This document shows, one piece after another, positions 29,596-39,414 of a DNA stretch of 50,601 bases. This DNA comes from Gemmatimonadales bacterium (GTDB lineage: Bacteria > Gemmatimonadota > Gemmatimonadetes > Gemmatimonadales > GWC2-71-9), in the NCBI GenBank assembly GCA_038253515.1, contig JBBSHB010000004.1, positions 1 through 50,601 on the forward strand, written 5' to 3'. How positions within the stretch are numbered: position 1 is the first letter of the stretch; each line of letters opens with the position of its first letter. The notes beneath the pieces are model-generated. The model had not been told where the DNA came from. It did not search any database and saw only the letters and a program-made list of their open reading frames with translations. The position numbers and the translations under genes were made by a program.

Positions 29596-31479
29596 ATGAC
29601 CGACCCGGCCGCTAAGCCGCTTGCCGCCCGCCTTGGCGACGCGCTGGGAGACGCTTACACGATCGAAGGGGAGATCGGTCGAGGCGGCATGGGCGTGGTC
29701 TATCGGGCGCGGGACGAGCGGCTGCAACGCCGAGTGGCTATCAAGGTCCTGCCGCCGGAGCTCGCGTTTCAGCGAGACATCCGGGAGCGCTTCACTCGAG
29801 AGGCGCAGACGGCGGCCCGGCTGTCGCACCCGCATATCGTCCCGATCCATTCGGTCGGTGAGGGCGCCGGCCTGGTCTACTTCGTGATGGGGTACGTGGA
29901 CGGGGAATCGGTCGCTGCCCGGATCCGGCGGCGCGGCCGGCTACCGGTGGACGAGGCCCGGCGCATCATGAAGGAGTCGGCCGACGCCCTGAGCGCCGCC
30001 CATGCCCTCTCGATCATCCATCGCGACATCAAACCGGACAACATCCTGCTCGAGGGCACCCGCGGGCGGGTCATGGTCACCGATTTCGGCATCGCCAAGG
30101 CGTTGTCCGCCACGTCAAGCGCGACGCTCACTGGCGCGGGCGTGGCCATCGGAACGCCGGCCTTCATGAGCCCGGAGCAGGCAGCCGGCGAGCGCGAGAT
30201 CGACGGCCGCTCGGACGTCTACAGCCTCGGCATCGTGGCGTACCAGATGCTCACCGGCGAGCTCCCCTTCAACGCGCCGACGGTGGCGGGCATCCTGATG
30301 AAGCAGATCACCGAGCCCGCTCCCGACCTGCGCGCCAAGCGGGGTGACGCGCCGGAGGATCTGGCGCTGGCCGTCACCCGCTGCCTGGAGAAGGATCCGG
30401 AGAACCGCTGGCCCAGCGCCGATGCGCTTCGACGTGCATTGGAGAGCCGCACCGTGTCGGGCTACCGACCGACCGGCACCGGGTGGAAGTCGCGCCCGGC
30501 CGAGAATCAGCGGCCCTCCGCGCCGATTGGCGAGCGCCCGCGCGGCGGATTCGAACGCAGGCCGCTGGGAGGGGCCAGGCCGCTACCCGCGCCGCGGATG
30601 CCCGGCTCGCCCGACGCGAGGCGCCGCGACTATCGCGGCAGGAAGGATCGCTCCGACGAGCTGGTCCCCGATACTGGGGAGCCCCGGATCGTGCAGAAGG
30701 TCCGGGGACAGTTCGCCAGTTGGGCGGCCGTGTCGCTCGGCTGTATGGGCATCAACGTCGCCACCGGCATCGATCATCCGTGGTTCCTGTTCCCGACCTT
30801 CGGCATGGGGCTCGGGCTCCTGCGCAACTATGCCCAGCTCTGGCAGGCGGGTTACAGTTGGCGCGACGTCCTCAGCCGGCCTCCCGCGCCCGACGCCGTC
30901 GAGACCACGATGGTGAAGGGGGTCCGGGTCGCCCGCCAACTGCCGCCGCCCAGCGCCGAGGACTACGGGGCCCAGCTCGCCGCCATCCAGCAGGTGCAGA
31001 GCGATCGTCAGGCCATCCTCAAGCTCATGGAGCGGCTGCCGGCGTCGGAGCGGAAGATGCTGCCCGAGATTCAGCAGACGGTCGACGGCCTCTACGAGCG
31101 CGCCACCGACCTGGCGCGGACGCTCCACGCGATGGACAGCAACCTCGATGTACAGGGGCTGGCCCAGATCGAGGAGCGGATTGCCGGGCTGGCCAGGGAG
31201 CCCGATGATCCGGAGCGGGCCCGCCGGCTCAACCTGCTCGAGCGTCAGCGGCAAACCATCTCCGACCTCCAGGGACGGCGGAGCCAGGTGGCGAGTCACC
31301 TCGAGTCCTGCGTCCTGGCCATGCAGAACGTGCGGTTCGATCTTCTGCGCCTGCGCTCGGCCGGCGTGGCCGCGGTCCTGGGCGACCTGACGCAGGCGAC
31401 CCAGCAGGCCAAGGCGCTCTCCCGGGACGTCGACAACGCCATTGCCGCCGCCGGGGAGATCCGGGAAGCGATGAAGTAG
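29596..31479 (+). CDS. Hanks-type Ser/Thr kinase with a two-TM hairpin and C-terminal coiled-coil domain
   Basis: GRGGMGVV, VAIK, HRDIKPDN, DFG and GTPAFMSPE motifs. Confidence 0.92.
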   Translation: MTDPAAKPLAARLGDALGDAYTIEGEIGRGGMGVVYRARDERLQRRVAIKVLPPELAFQRDIRERFTREAQTAARLSHPHIVPIHSVGEGAGLVYFVMGYVDGESVAARIRRRGRLPVDEARRIMKESADALSAAHALSIIHRDIKPDNILLEGTRGRVMVTDFGIAKALSATSSATLTGAGVAIGTPAFMSPEQAAGEREIDGRSDVYSLGIVAYQMLTGELPFNAPTVAGILMKQITEPAPDLRAKRGDAPEDLALAVTRCLEKDPENRWPSADALRRALESRTVSGYRPTGTGWKSRPAENQRPSAPIGERPRGGFERRPLGGARPLPAPRMPGSPDARRRDYRGRKDRSDELVPDTGEPRIVQKVRGQFASWAAVSLGCMGINVATGIDHPWFLFPTFGMGLGLLRNYAQLWQAGYSWRDVLSRPPAPDAVETTMVKGVRVARQLPPPSAEDYGAQLAAIQQVQSDRQAILKLMERLPASERKMLPEIQQTVDGLYERATDLARTLHAMDSNLDVQGLAQIEERIAGLAREPDDPERARRLNLLERQRQTISDLQGRRSQVASHLESCVLAMQNVRFDLLRLRSAGVAAVLGDLTQATQQAKALSRDVDNAIAAAGEIREAMK

Positions 31480-31491
31480 CGGGCACCGAGG

Positions 31492-33618
31492 CTAGAACCT
31501 CGCCGTGTCCTCCATGGCCGTGCGGAGCGTCTGGACTTGGGGCAGGATCACGTCCTCCAGCTCCGGGGCGTAGGCCACGAAGGTATCGGTGGCGGCGACC
31601 CGCTTCACCGGAGCGTCGAGCCAGGGGAACGCCTCGTCGGCGATCCGGGCGGCGATCTCGGCGCCATACCCCCAGGAGAGCGAATCCTCGTAGGCCACGA
31701 TGGCGCGACCGGTCTTCTTGACCGAGGCATAGATCATGTCCCAGTCCACCGGGGAGAGGCAGCGGAGGTCGATCACCTCGACGCTGATCCCGCTGCTCTC
31801 CTCCACCTGCTTGGCCGCCCACAGCGTCCGCTGGACCAGAGCCCCGTAGGTCACCACCGTCAGATCGGTCCCCTCGCGTACCAGCTTCGCCTTGCCGAGC
31901 GGGATCATGAAGTTGGGGCCGGGATTGGGGGCCTTGTTGTAGGTCTGGCGGTAGAGGTGCTTGTGCTCCAGGAAGAGCACCGGATCGTCCGACCGGATGG
32001 CGGTGCGAAGCAGGCCGTTTGCGTCGAGCGCGTTGGATGGGCATACGACCCGGAATCCGGGCACTCCGGTGAAGATCGCGGCGCCGGTCTGGGAGTGGTA
32101 CACCGACCCACCCCTGAGATAGCCACCGTAGGTGACCCGGACGACCACCGGAGCCGAGAACGCGTTGTTGGAGCGCCAGCGGATCAGCGCCAGCTCGTTG
32201 CGGAGCTGCATGTACGCCGGCCAGATGTAGTCGAAGAACTGGATCTCGACCACCGGCTTGAGTCCGCGGGTGGCGAGGCCGACCGCACGACCGATAATGT
32301 TGGCTTCGGCCAGCGGCGAGTTGTAGACCCGCGCGCTGCCGAAGGCGCGCTGGAGACCCCAGGTCACCTTGAAGACTCCACCCTTCCCCTTCACGTCGGC
32401 AAGACTGCTCTCCCGACTGCAGTCCGCGACGTCCTGGCCGAACACGACGATCCGCGGGTCGCGCGCCATCTCGTCCCGGAGACAGATGTTGAGGAGGTCG
32501 ACCATGGTGGTGGGATCGCCGGCGAATCGGGGATCGTCCTCGGTATCGAACTGCTCCGAGGTCGGGTCCACGTCCGGCGAGTACACGTAGTGGAAGATCG
32601 TGTCCGTCCCCGGCTGGGGTGAGGCCAGCGCGACGTCGGTGGCCACCTGCACTTCTTCCGCCACCTGCTGCGCCACCAGATCGAGCTCCGGCTGCGACGC
32701 GATACCCTGCTCCATGAGATACCTGGGGAAGCGGGTCAGGGGATCGCGCTCGGCGTCGGCCTTGCGCTCCGCCGGTGTGCGATACTGCACCTCGTCGTCG
32801 GACAGCGAGTGGCTGTAAGGACGGATCACGTGCGCGTGGACCAGCGCCGGGCCCTTCCGGGCGCGGGCGTACTCCACGGCCTTGGTCACCACGTCATACG
32901 ACGCGAGCACGTCGCAGCCGTCCACCTCCTGAATCAGCAGCCCGGGGAATCCGGTGAGCAGCCGGGAGATCGAGCCGCCGGCCGTGTTCACCTCCACCGG
33001 CACCGAGATGGCGTAGCCGTTGTCCTCGACCAGGAAGACGACGGGCAGCTTGAGGTTGGTGGCGGTGTTGAGGGCCTCCCAGAACTCGCCCTCACTGGTG
33101 GTACCGTCGCCGGTGGTGCAGAGCACCACCTCGTCCCCCTGGATCAGCTCGTCGCGATCGGGGATCCCCTCGATGGTGGAATACCGCAGCCACGCCTCCG
33201 CACAGCCGACCGCCTGGAGGAACTGGGTCCCGGTGGGGCTCGACGCACTCACGATGTTGAGCGCCTTGTGACCCCAGTGGGACGGCATCTGCCGCCCACC
33301 GGAGTTGGGATCATCCGCCGCACCGACGGCGGAGAGGAGCTGCTCGGTGGCTGTCATGCCGAGGCCGAGGCAGAGCGCGCGGTCGCGGTAGTAGGTGTAG
33401 AACCAGTCGTAGGCCGGGCGAAAGATCTTGGAGGCGGCGGCGAGCACACCCTCGTGCCCCGCGCCGGAGATCTGGAAGAAGATGCGGTTCTGCCGCTTGA
33501 GCTGGATTTCCTTGTCGTCGATCCGCCGCGCGAGCAGCATGATGCGGTAGAGGTCGAGCAGGTCCGCCTTCTCCAGCTTGGCGGACGCCCGGGCGCGGGT
33601 GGAGGTACGTGTGGCCAT
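31492..33618 (-). CDS. 2-oxoacid (probably 2-oxoisovalerate) dehydrogenase E1, fused alpha+beta subunits
   Basis: TPP motif GDG...[21 protein letters not shown] and YHSQ. Confidence 0.93.
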   Translation of the reverse strand: MATRTSTRARASAKLEKADLLDLYRIMLLARRIDDKEIQLKRQNRIFFQISGAGHEGVLAAASKIFRPAYDWFYTYYRDRALCLGLGMTATEQLLSAVGAADDPNSGGRQMPSHWGHKALNIVSASSPTGTQFLQAVGCAEAWLRYSTIEGIPDRDELIQGDEVVLCTTGDGTTSEGEFWEALNTATNLKLPVVFLVEDNGYAISVPVEVNTAGGSISRLLTGFPGLLIQEVDGCDVLASYDVVTKAVEYARARKGPALVHAHVIRPYSHSLSDDEVQYRTPAERKADAERDPLTRFPRYLMEQGIASQPELDLVAQQVAEEVQVATDVALASPQPGTDTIFHYVYSPDVDPTSEQFDTEDDPRFAGDPTTMVDLLNICLRDEMARDPRIVVFGQDVADCSRESSLADVKGKGGVFKVTWGLQRAFGSARVYNSPLAEANIIGRAVGLATRGLKPVVEIQFFDYIWPAYMQLRNELALIRWRSNNAFSAPVVVRVTYGGYLRGGSVYHSQTGAAIFTGVPGFRVVCPSNALDANGLLRTAIRSDDPVLFLEHKHLYRQTYNKAPNPGPNFMIPLGKAKLVREGTDLTVVTYGALVQRTLWAAKQVEESSGISVEVIDLRCLSPVDWDMIYASVKKTGRAIVAYEDSLSWGYGAEIAARIADEAFPWLDAPVKRVAATDTFVAYAPELEDVILPQVQTLRTAMEDTARF

Positions 33619-33785
33619 CGTACTCGGGGAAAAGGGTCGCGGTCGCCGTGCTGCCGGGAACGACCGGAAGATACTTCCCCGAGAGGGGTCCTAGCGAGTT
33701 TCGGCGGGGGCGGCGAGGAGCTCGGGCAGCCGGGCGAACCGGACCCCCAGCACGACGATGGCCGCAAGTCCCGCGGCGCGCCCGC

Positions 33786-33996
33786 TCAATTGCGCCAGTC
33801 CACCGGCTTCACCTCGGCGAGCACACCCTCGAGGTCGTTGAACCGGACGGCCTTCGGCTCCGCGGGCATGGGGGGGCTCGAGAGCCCGACCGTACACGAT
33901 CAGGTCCGGTGGGCTCCTCGACGGCGCGCGGCCGAAGGCGAACAGGCCTATCAACCCGACGACCAAGGACCCGAGCAACGGGGCGCGGGGCGGCAT
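33786..33996 (-). pseudogene. Probable chimeric gene remnant or frameshifted small secreted protein
   Basis: Signal peptide + PDLIVYGR in one frame; MPAEPKAVRFNDLEGVLAEVKPVDWRN* in another, switching near a 7-nt homopolymer at 33870-33876. Confidence 0.5.
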
Positions 33997-34004
33997 GGAG
34001 CCCC

Positions 34005-34247
34005 TCAGCGGAGTTTGGTGAGACGTCGGATGGCTTCGAGCTGCTCCAGTGCGCTCCCGCCCGAGGCCGCAGGGGCCACCGAGAACAGATCGCGGATGTC
34101 GAGCAGGATCTCCAGCATCAGCTGGTCTCGCATGTAGGCGCTTTCGATGTCGATCATGCGTCCGGGGTCTTCGGTGGCCTTGGCCCGGTCGTAGGATTCG
34201 CGGTAGATCGACTCGAGATTGGCGAGGATGCGTTCACGCGGGCGCAT
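34005..34247 (-). CDS. Hypothetical protein (80 aa)
   Basis: MRPRERILANLESIYRE...LEILLDIRDL; helical, GC3-biased. Confidence 0.8.
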   Translation of the reverse strand: MRPRERILANLESIYRESYDRAKATEDPGRMIDIESAYMRDQLMLEILLDIRDLFSVAPAASGGSALEQLEAIRRLTKLR

Positions 34248-34582
34248 GCGGTCGAGTCCGGAATGCGGGAAGGTCTCTGGAGCGGTGCCCCATAGTAATG
34301 TGAAGCCTGCGGCGCGGGTACCGCGAGCTGCGGTTTGCATTCGCGACACTCAAAACCTCTTTGGTGCGGATCCGGAACGGATGGGTGGACGACTGGCCGA
34401 GCTACTGACTCGTCGGCGGCGATCCACTACGCTGCGACCGGCGGACCTGCCCAAGGCCAGAGCGGGAGCTGCGGTACCGGTACCGCAACCTGTGGTTCGC
34501 CCTCGGCGGCGCCCTCGAAGCCAACCCACCCCCCAGCCGTTGAAGGCGATGCAGGATAGCAGGTTGCCGGTTTCAGATCCGC

Positions 34583-34597
34583 TGGCACGGGGCCTGC
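34583..34597 (+). promoter_or_regulatory. Sigma54 -24/-12 promoter upstream of the pilin-like gene
   Basis: TGGCAC-GGGGC-CTGC, GG-N10-GC spacing. Confidence 0.6.
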
Positions 34598-34611
34598 CAA
34601 ATTGCCCATCC

Positions 34612-35073
34612 ATGCGAACCCACCCCTATTTCGCACCGCGATCTCGGTCGGGCGTCGGCCTCATCGAGGTCAGTCTCGCCCTGATCATGCTCGGCGTGCT
34701 CACGCTGATTGGCATCCCAAGGGTGCGGCAGACCGTCGCCCGCCACCGGGTCGACCTGGCGACGGCGCTGGTGGCGTCCGATCTGGAGAACGCGTTCGCG
34801 ACCGCCCAACGGGAGGGGAAGCCACTCCGGCTCGCCTGCACCTGCGAGAGCGCCCGCTATCGGCTGACGGACCGGTCGAGCCGCACGGTCCGCCTCGCCC
34901 GCGCGCTGACCGACAGCAGCTACGCGGTGAAGGGCCTGGCCTTCTCGACTACCCCCGTCGACATCTTCCCTTCGGGGATCGCGTCCTCACCGGATACCGT
35001 GACGATCTCCGCCGGCGACTACGCGCGCCGGATCACCATGACCACCGCGGGTGAGGTGAAGATTCTCCCCTGA
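34612..35073 (+). CDS. Type IV pilin-like protein (FimT/GspH-type)
   Basis: Basic leader, then G|VGLIE with Glu+5 and a hydrophobic helix ending in P; C-terminal FPSG...RRITMTTAGEV. Confidence 0.8.
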   Translation: MRTHPYFAPRSRSGVGLIEVSLALIMLGVLTLIGIPRVRQTVARHRVDLATALVASDLENAFATAQREGKPLRLACTCESARYRLTDRSSRTVRLARALTDSSYAVKGLAFSTTPVDIFPSGIASSPDTVTISAGDYARRITMTTAGEVKILP

Positions 35074-35135
35074 GCCCCGGTCCCGCGATATACTTCTCGC
35101 TGTTCTCAGCCCCGATCATCGTCCCGAGCAATCCC

Positions 35136-35657
35136 ATGGCACTGACAGACAAGACCGTTCTCTTCTTTGCCGGCCCGCTCTACGAGGACCTCGAGCTGTG
35201 GTATCCCAAGATCCGGCTCGAGGAGGAGGGGGCCCGCACGGTCATCGCTGGAACCGGCGAGAAGACCTACCAGGGCAAGCGGGGGTATCCCCTGACCGTG
35301 GACACCAGCGTTGACGCGATTTCCGCCGCCGAGTTCGACGGTCTCGTAATCCCCGGCGGATACGCCCCGGATATCATGCGCCGCTCGAAGAAGCTGCTCC
35401 AGCTCACCCGGGAGATCTACGAGGCCGGGAAGCCGGTCGCATTCATCTGTCACGCGGGCTGGGTACCGATCTCCGCCGGCATCGTGCGCGGCAAGCGGGG
35501 CACCAGCGTCGGCGCCATCAAGGACGATCTGGTGAACGCGGGGATGCTCTGGGAGGACAGCCCGGTGGTGGTGGACGGGAACCTGATCTCCTCGCGCACC
35601 CCCGCCGATCTGCCCCAGTTCATGCGCGCCCTGATCCAGGCCCTCGGCCGCCGCTGA
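35136..35657 (+). CDS. PfpI/DJ-1 family protein
   Basis: YEDLE, IPGGYAPD, ICHAG and SRTPADL motifs. Confidence 0.93.
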   Translation: MALTDKTVLFFAGPLYEDLELWYPKIRLEEEGARTVIAGTGEKTYQGKRGYPLTVDTSVDAISAAEFDGLVIPGGYAPDIMRRSKKLLQLTREIYEAGKPVAFICHAGWVPISAGIVRGKRGTSVGAIKDDLVNAGMLWEDSPVVVDGNLISSRTPADLPQFMRALIQALGRR

Positions 35658-35658
35658 G

Positions 35659-35976
35659 ATGTCCCTCAGCGATGCGCAACGCCGGGTCGACGGCTGGATC
35701 GGCCAGTTCGAGGAGGGCTACTTCCACCCCCTCACCAACCTGGCCCGCCTCACCGAGGAGGTGGGGGAGCTGGCTCGCGAGGTGAACCACCGCTTCGGTC
35801 AGAAGACGAAGAAGCAGGAGGAAGCCGAGGGAGACCTGGCCATGGAGATGGCGGACATCCTCTTCGTGCTCATCTGCATGGCCAACCGCGAGGGGATCGA
35901 TCTCCAGACCGCGTTCGACCGGATGATGGAGAAGGTGGAGCGGCGGGACGCGGACCGGTGGACCCGGAAGCCGTAG
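35659..35976 (+). CDS. MazG-like nucleotide pyrophosphohydrolase (YpjD-like)
   Basis: LTEEVGELARE...EMADILF. Confidence 0.92.
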   Translation: MSLSDAQRRVDGWIGQFEEGYFHPLTNLARLTEEVGELAREVNHRFGQKTKKQEEAEGDLAMEMADILFVLICMANREGIDLQTAFDRMMEKVERRDADRWTRKP

Positions 35977-35979
35977 CCC

Positions 35980-36885
35980 TTACTCCCAGTCCTCCGGGGC
36001 GGTCTCCAGCTCCTCCAGCAGCACCAGATAGCTCACCAGTCGGTCGGCCTCGACGGCTCCTTCCGAGACAGCAGCGCGAATCCGGCAGCCCGGCTCGGAG
36101 CGGTGGCGGCAGTCGGCGTACCTGCACTCGCCGATATAGGGTCGAAAATCCGGGAAACAGCTATCCAGCTGCGTGGGATCGATTCCCCAGAGCCCCACCT
36201 CGCTGAAACCAGGAGTGTCCACCAGATAGCCGCCCGCCTCGAGCGGGACCATCACCGCCGACACGGTGGTGTTCTTGCCGCGGCGTCCCTTGGCGCTGAT
36301 TTCCCCGATGCGCAGTTTGAGGCCCGGCTGCACCTGGTTGAGCAGGGTCGATTTCCCCGCTCCGGACGGTCCGGTCACCACCGAAATCCGGCCCGTCAGG
36401 GCGGCGCGCAGGGCGTCGATTCCCTCACCGGTACGGGTACTGGTGCAATGGACAGTGTACCCGGCCCGTCGGCACCGCTCCGCGAGGGCCTCGGCCGGCC
36501 CGAGGTCGACCTTGTTCACCACGACGGCCGCGGGGATCTCGTTGGCTTCGGCCACCACGAGGAGCCGGTCGATCAGCTGAGGTATGGGTGGGGGATCCGC
36601 CGCGGCGGTCACCACGAAGACCTGGTCGATGTTCGCGGCGACCGGCCGGGTTCCCCGTCCCGCGGGAGTCCGCCGCTCGAGCAGCGTGGTGCGGGCCTCG
36701 ACCCCGACGATGCCGTTGAGCGCGCCCCCGGGATCCGGCTCGAGGTGTACCCGGTCGCCCACCACGACGTGCGGCAGGCCCCGCTTGGCGCGACCGGTGA
36801 GCACCGCACGGACCTCGCCGGCCCCCGTGGCGATGCGATAGACCGCGCCGTCTCGCTCCAGCACGGTGCCGAGGATGCCGCTCAC
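35980..36885 (-). CDS. rsgA: Ribosome small subunit-dependent GTPase A
   Basis: Circularly permuted order NKVD, GPSGAGKS, DTPG; Zn finger CRYADCRHRSEPGC. Confidence 0.95.
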   Translation of the reverse strand: MSGILGTVLERDGAVYRIATGAGEVRAVLTGRAKRGLPHVVVGDRVHLEPDPGGALNGIVGVEARTTLLERRTPAGRGTRPVAANIDQVFVVTAAADPPPIPQLIDRLLVVAEANEIPAAVVVNKVDLGPAEALAERCRRAGYTVHCTSTRTGEGIDALRAALTGRISVVTGPSGAGKSTLLNQVQPGLKLRIGEISAKGRRGKNTTVSAVMVPLEAGGYLVDTPGFSEVGLWGIDPTQLDSCFPDFRPYIGECRYADCRHRSEPGCRIRAAVSEGAVEADRLVSYLVLLEELETAPEDWE

Positions 36886-37196
36886 CACTCCGCGGGTGCC
36901 CGGGCGATCGCCTCTTCCAGCGCCGCCTTCACGTCGAAGAGCGACAGCGCCTTCAGTCGATCGCCCGCCTGCTCCGAGGTCTGGCCCCAGGCGAGCGTCT
37001 CGGTCTCCAGGTGGCCGGTGGGGCGGTCGCCCGCGGGGGACCAGCGGACGAAGAGCAGGGCGGCGCCGTAGAGTCCCCGGAGGTCAGGCTCGTCCTCCAC
37101 ATAGATCGCCACCGAATAGGCCTGGCCGTCGCTCCCGCCGAAGGCGGCGGCGCGCTCGTGCTTCTCCATGTACCCGCCCAGCGTCAGCTCGCTCAC
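36882..37196 (-). CDS. Hypothetical protein (104 aa)
   Basis: GTGA overlaps with both neighbours; SELTLGGYMEKHER...LLFVRW. Confidence 0.8.
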   Translation of the reverse strand: MSELTLGGYMEKHERAAAFGGSDGQAYSVAIYVEDEPDLRGLYGAALLFVRWSPAGDRPTGHLETETLAWGQTSEQAGDRLKALSLFDVKAALEEAIARAPAEW

Positions 37197-38122
37197 CGTC
37201 CTGGCACCGACTCCCGTACGACATTGCCCAGCAGGAACGCGATGTTGGCGGGCCGCTCGGCCAGCCGTCGCATGAGGTAAGGATACCACTGGGTCCCGAA
37301 GGGGATGTAGACCCGCATGTTATGTCCGGCCCGGCGAAGCCGCTCCTGCAGGTCGCGCCGGACGCCGTACAGCATCTGGAATTCGTACCGCTCGTTGACG
37401 ATGCCCTGCCGCCGGACGAACTCGCGAGCGTGCCCGATGATCGCCTCATCATGGGTGGCGAGTCCCGGATAGTTGCCCCGCTGAAGCAGCCGTTCCATCA
37501 AGCTCACATAGCTCCGGTCCACCTCCGACTTCTCGGGGAAGGCGACGGCCGGCGACTCCAGGTAGGCGCCCTTGCAGAGACGCACCCGCGCGCCCATCGC
37601 GATCAGCTCCTCGATGTCGCGCTCGGAGCGGCGCAACATGGCCTGGATCACCACCCCGCAGTGTGCTGCGTAGGCCCCGAACAGGCGGTTGGCGAAGAAG
37701 TCGAGCGTCCGCTGAGTGTACGCCGAGCCTTCCATGTCGAGCCGTACGAACCCGCGGAGCGCCTTGGCCTTTTCCAGGATCATCGTCATGTTGGCGGCGC
37801 AGCGCTCTTCACTGATGTCGAGGCCCATCTGGGTCAACTTGACCGAGACGTTCACCTCGACCCCGCCCGCCGCCATGCAGTCGAGCATCCGCAGGTACTG
37901 ATCTCGCGCCGCCGTCGCCTCGGCCTCCGCCGTCACGCTCTCGCCGAGCAGGTCGAGCGATGCCGTGATGCCCCGGCGACTCAGCACCTTGGCGGCCTCG
38001 ACCGCCTGCTCGATCGTCTCCCCGGCGACGAAACGGGAGGCGAACCTGCGCGCGAGTCCGTTCCGACGCACGAAGTTGAAGACCCCCCGCCGCTCGGAGA
38101 GCCAGAGCAGTCCCTGACGCAT
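37193..38122 (-). CDS. Monofunctional proline dehydrogenase
   Basis: RFVAGE, LDLLGE, SVKLTQMG, RLCKGAY, ATHD and YLMRRLAERPAN motifs. Confidence 0.95.
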   Translation of the reverse strand: MRQGLLWLSERRGVFNFVRRNGLARRFASRFVAGETIEQAVEAAKVLSRRGITASLDLLGESVTAEAEATAARDQYLRMLDCMAAGGVEVNVSVKLTQMGLDISEERCAANMTMILEKAKALRGFVRLDMEGSAYTQRTLDFFANRLFGAYAAHCGVVIQAMLRRSERDIEELIAMGARVRLCKGAYLESPAVAFPEKSEVDRSYVSLMERLLQRGNYPGLATHDEAIIGHAREFVRRQGIVNERYEFQMLYGVRRDLQERLRRAGHNMRVYIPFGTQWYPYLMRRLAERPANIAFLLGNVVRESVPGR

Positions 38123-38260
38123 GATCACGGTCGGCACCCCGTCGAAGCCGGTGAGGGGCGGCGGGGCCGCCCGAAATGGCTCCCGAAGGTAGCCGCTCGG
38201 CGAAGTGGAGTGTAGAGGCGGAGACGGGTCGCCTCGGATCGTGAATCTTTATGCACCGGT

Positions 38261-38302
38261 GTGACTTACGTCACCTTGTGCCGACCGGGTTGCCGGTATC
38301 CT
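38261..38302 (+). promoter_or_regulatory. Palindromic operator GTGAC-TTAC-GTCAC (38261-38274) plus -10-like TATCCT (38297-38302)
   Basis: Extended site TGTGA-N6-TCACC is one mismatch from the CRP consensus; 22-nt spacer; upstream of topoisomerase IB. Confidence 0.7.
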
Positions 38303-38334
38303 CTGCTGCAGCTCCTGACAACGGACGTGGGTCG

Positions 38335-39402
38335 ATGACGACACGTGGGCAGCGAAAGCACGCGGTGGTGGTCGATCCGTCCCAATCGGCCGAGGAGGCG
38401 GGGCTCCGCTACGTCAGTGACGCGGTGCCCGGCATCCGCCGCCGGCGCGCGGGGACGGGGTTCACCTATCTGGACTCCAGCGGACGCCGGATCACGGATC
38501 GCCCGACGCTGGCCCGGATCCGCTCGCTCGCGATCCCTCCGGCCTACACCCACGTGTGGATTTCCCCGCACCCCAACGGCCACATCCAGGCCACCGGCCG
38601 GGATGCACGCGGCCGGAAGCAGTACCGCTATCATCCGCGATGGCGCGAGGTCCGGGACGAAAACAAGTTCGGCCGCATGCTGGCGTTCAGTCGGGCGCTT
38701 CCGCTCATCCGAACCCGGGTCGAGCAGGACCTGAGCCGTCCGGGGCTGCCGCGGGAGAAGGTGCTGGCGGCGGTGGTCCGACTGCTCGAGCTCACGGGCA
38801 TCCGCGTCGGCAACGACGAATACGCGCGCACCAACCAGTCGTTCGGGCTCACCACGCTACGAGATGATCACGTGGAGGTCTCGGGCTCGACGATGCGGTT
38901 CGAGTTCCGGGGCAAGAGCGGGAAGCTCCACCAGGTGTCCCTCAGCGACCGCCGCCTGGCGCGGATCGTGGCGCGGTGCCAGGCGCTCCCGGGGGAGGAG
39001 CTGTTTCAGTACGTGGATGACGAAGGGGTTCACCAGACCATCGGATCGAGCGACGTGAACGCCTACCTCCGTGAGGTCACGGACGACGACTTCACGGCCA
39101 AGGACTTCCGGACCTGGTCGGGAACGCTGCTGGCGGCGGCGGCGCTGGAAGAGCTCGGGCCTGCACCCTCGGAGCGGGAGGCCAAATCGACCATCGTGGC
39201 TGCGATCGACCGGGTGGCCGAGCGGCTCAACAACACCCGAACGGTCTGCCGGAAGTATTACGTTCACCCCGCGGTCTTCGACGCCTATCTGGCGGGCACG
39301 TTGCCCCAGATGATGCCCAATGGCACCCGAGCCGCCGCTGAGGCCAATGGGCTCCGACCGGGGGAGCATGGCCTGGTTCGCCTGCTCCGCCAGACGGCCT
39401 GA
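38335..39402 (+). CDS. Bacterial DNA topoisomerase IB
   Basis: GRDARGRKQYRYH, IRVGN, FRGKSGK, AKDFRTW and NTRTVCRKYYVHP (catalytic Tyr). Confidence 0.95.
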   Translation: MTTRGQRKHAVVVDPSQSAEEAGLRYVSDAVPGIRRRRAGTGFTYLDSSGRRITDRPTLARIRSLAIPPAYTHVWISPHPNGHIQATGRDARGRKQYRYHPRWREVRDENKFGRMLAFSRALPLIRTRVEQDLSRPGLPREKVLAAVVRLLELTGIRVGNDEYARTNQSFGLTTLRDDHVEVSGSTMRFEFRGKSGKLHQVSLSDRRLARIVARCQALPGEELFQYVDDEGVHQTIGSSDVNAYLREVTDDDFTAKDFRTWSGTLLAAAALEELGPAPSEREAKSTIVAAIDRVAERLNNTRTVCRKYYVHPAVFDAYLAGTLPQMMPNGTRAAAEANGLRPGEHGLVRLLRQTA

Positions 39403-39414
39403 GACAGGCGTCTG

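Noticed and set aside
38335-39402. Topoisomerase IB as a tyrosine recombinase or prophage marker
   Set aside because: Motifs match bacterial TopIB, and no att sites or phage genes flank it.
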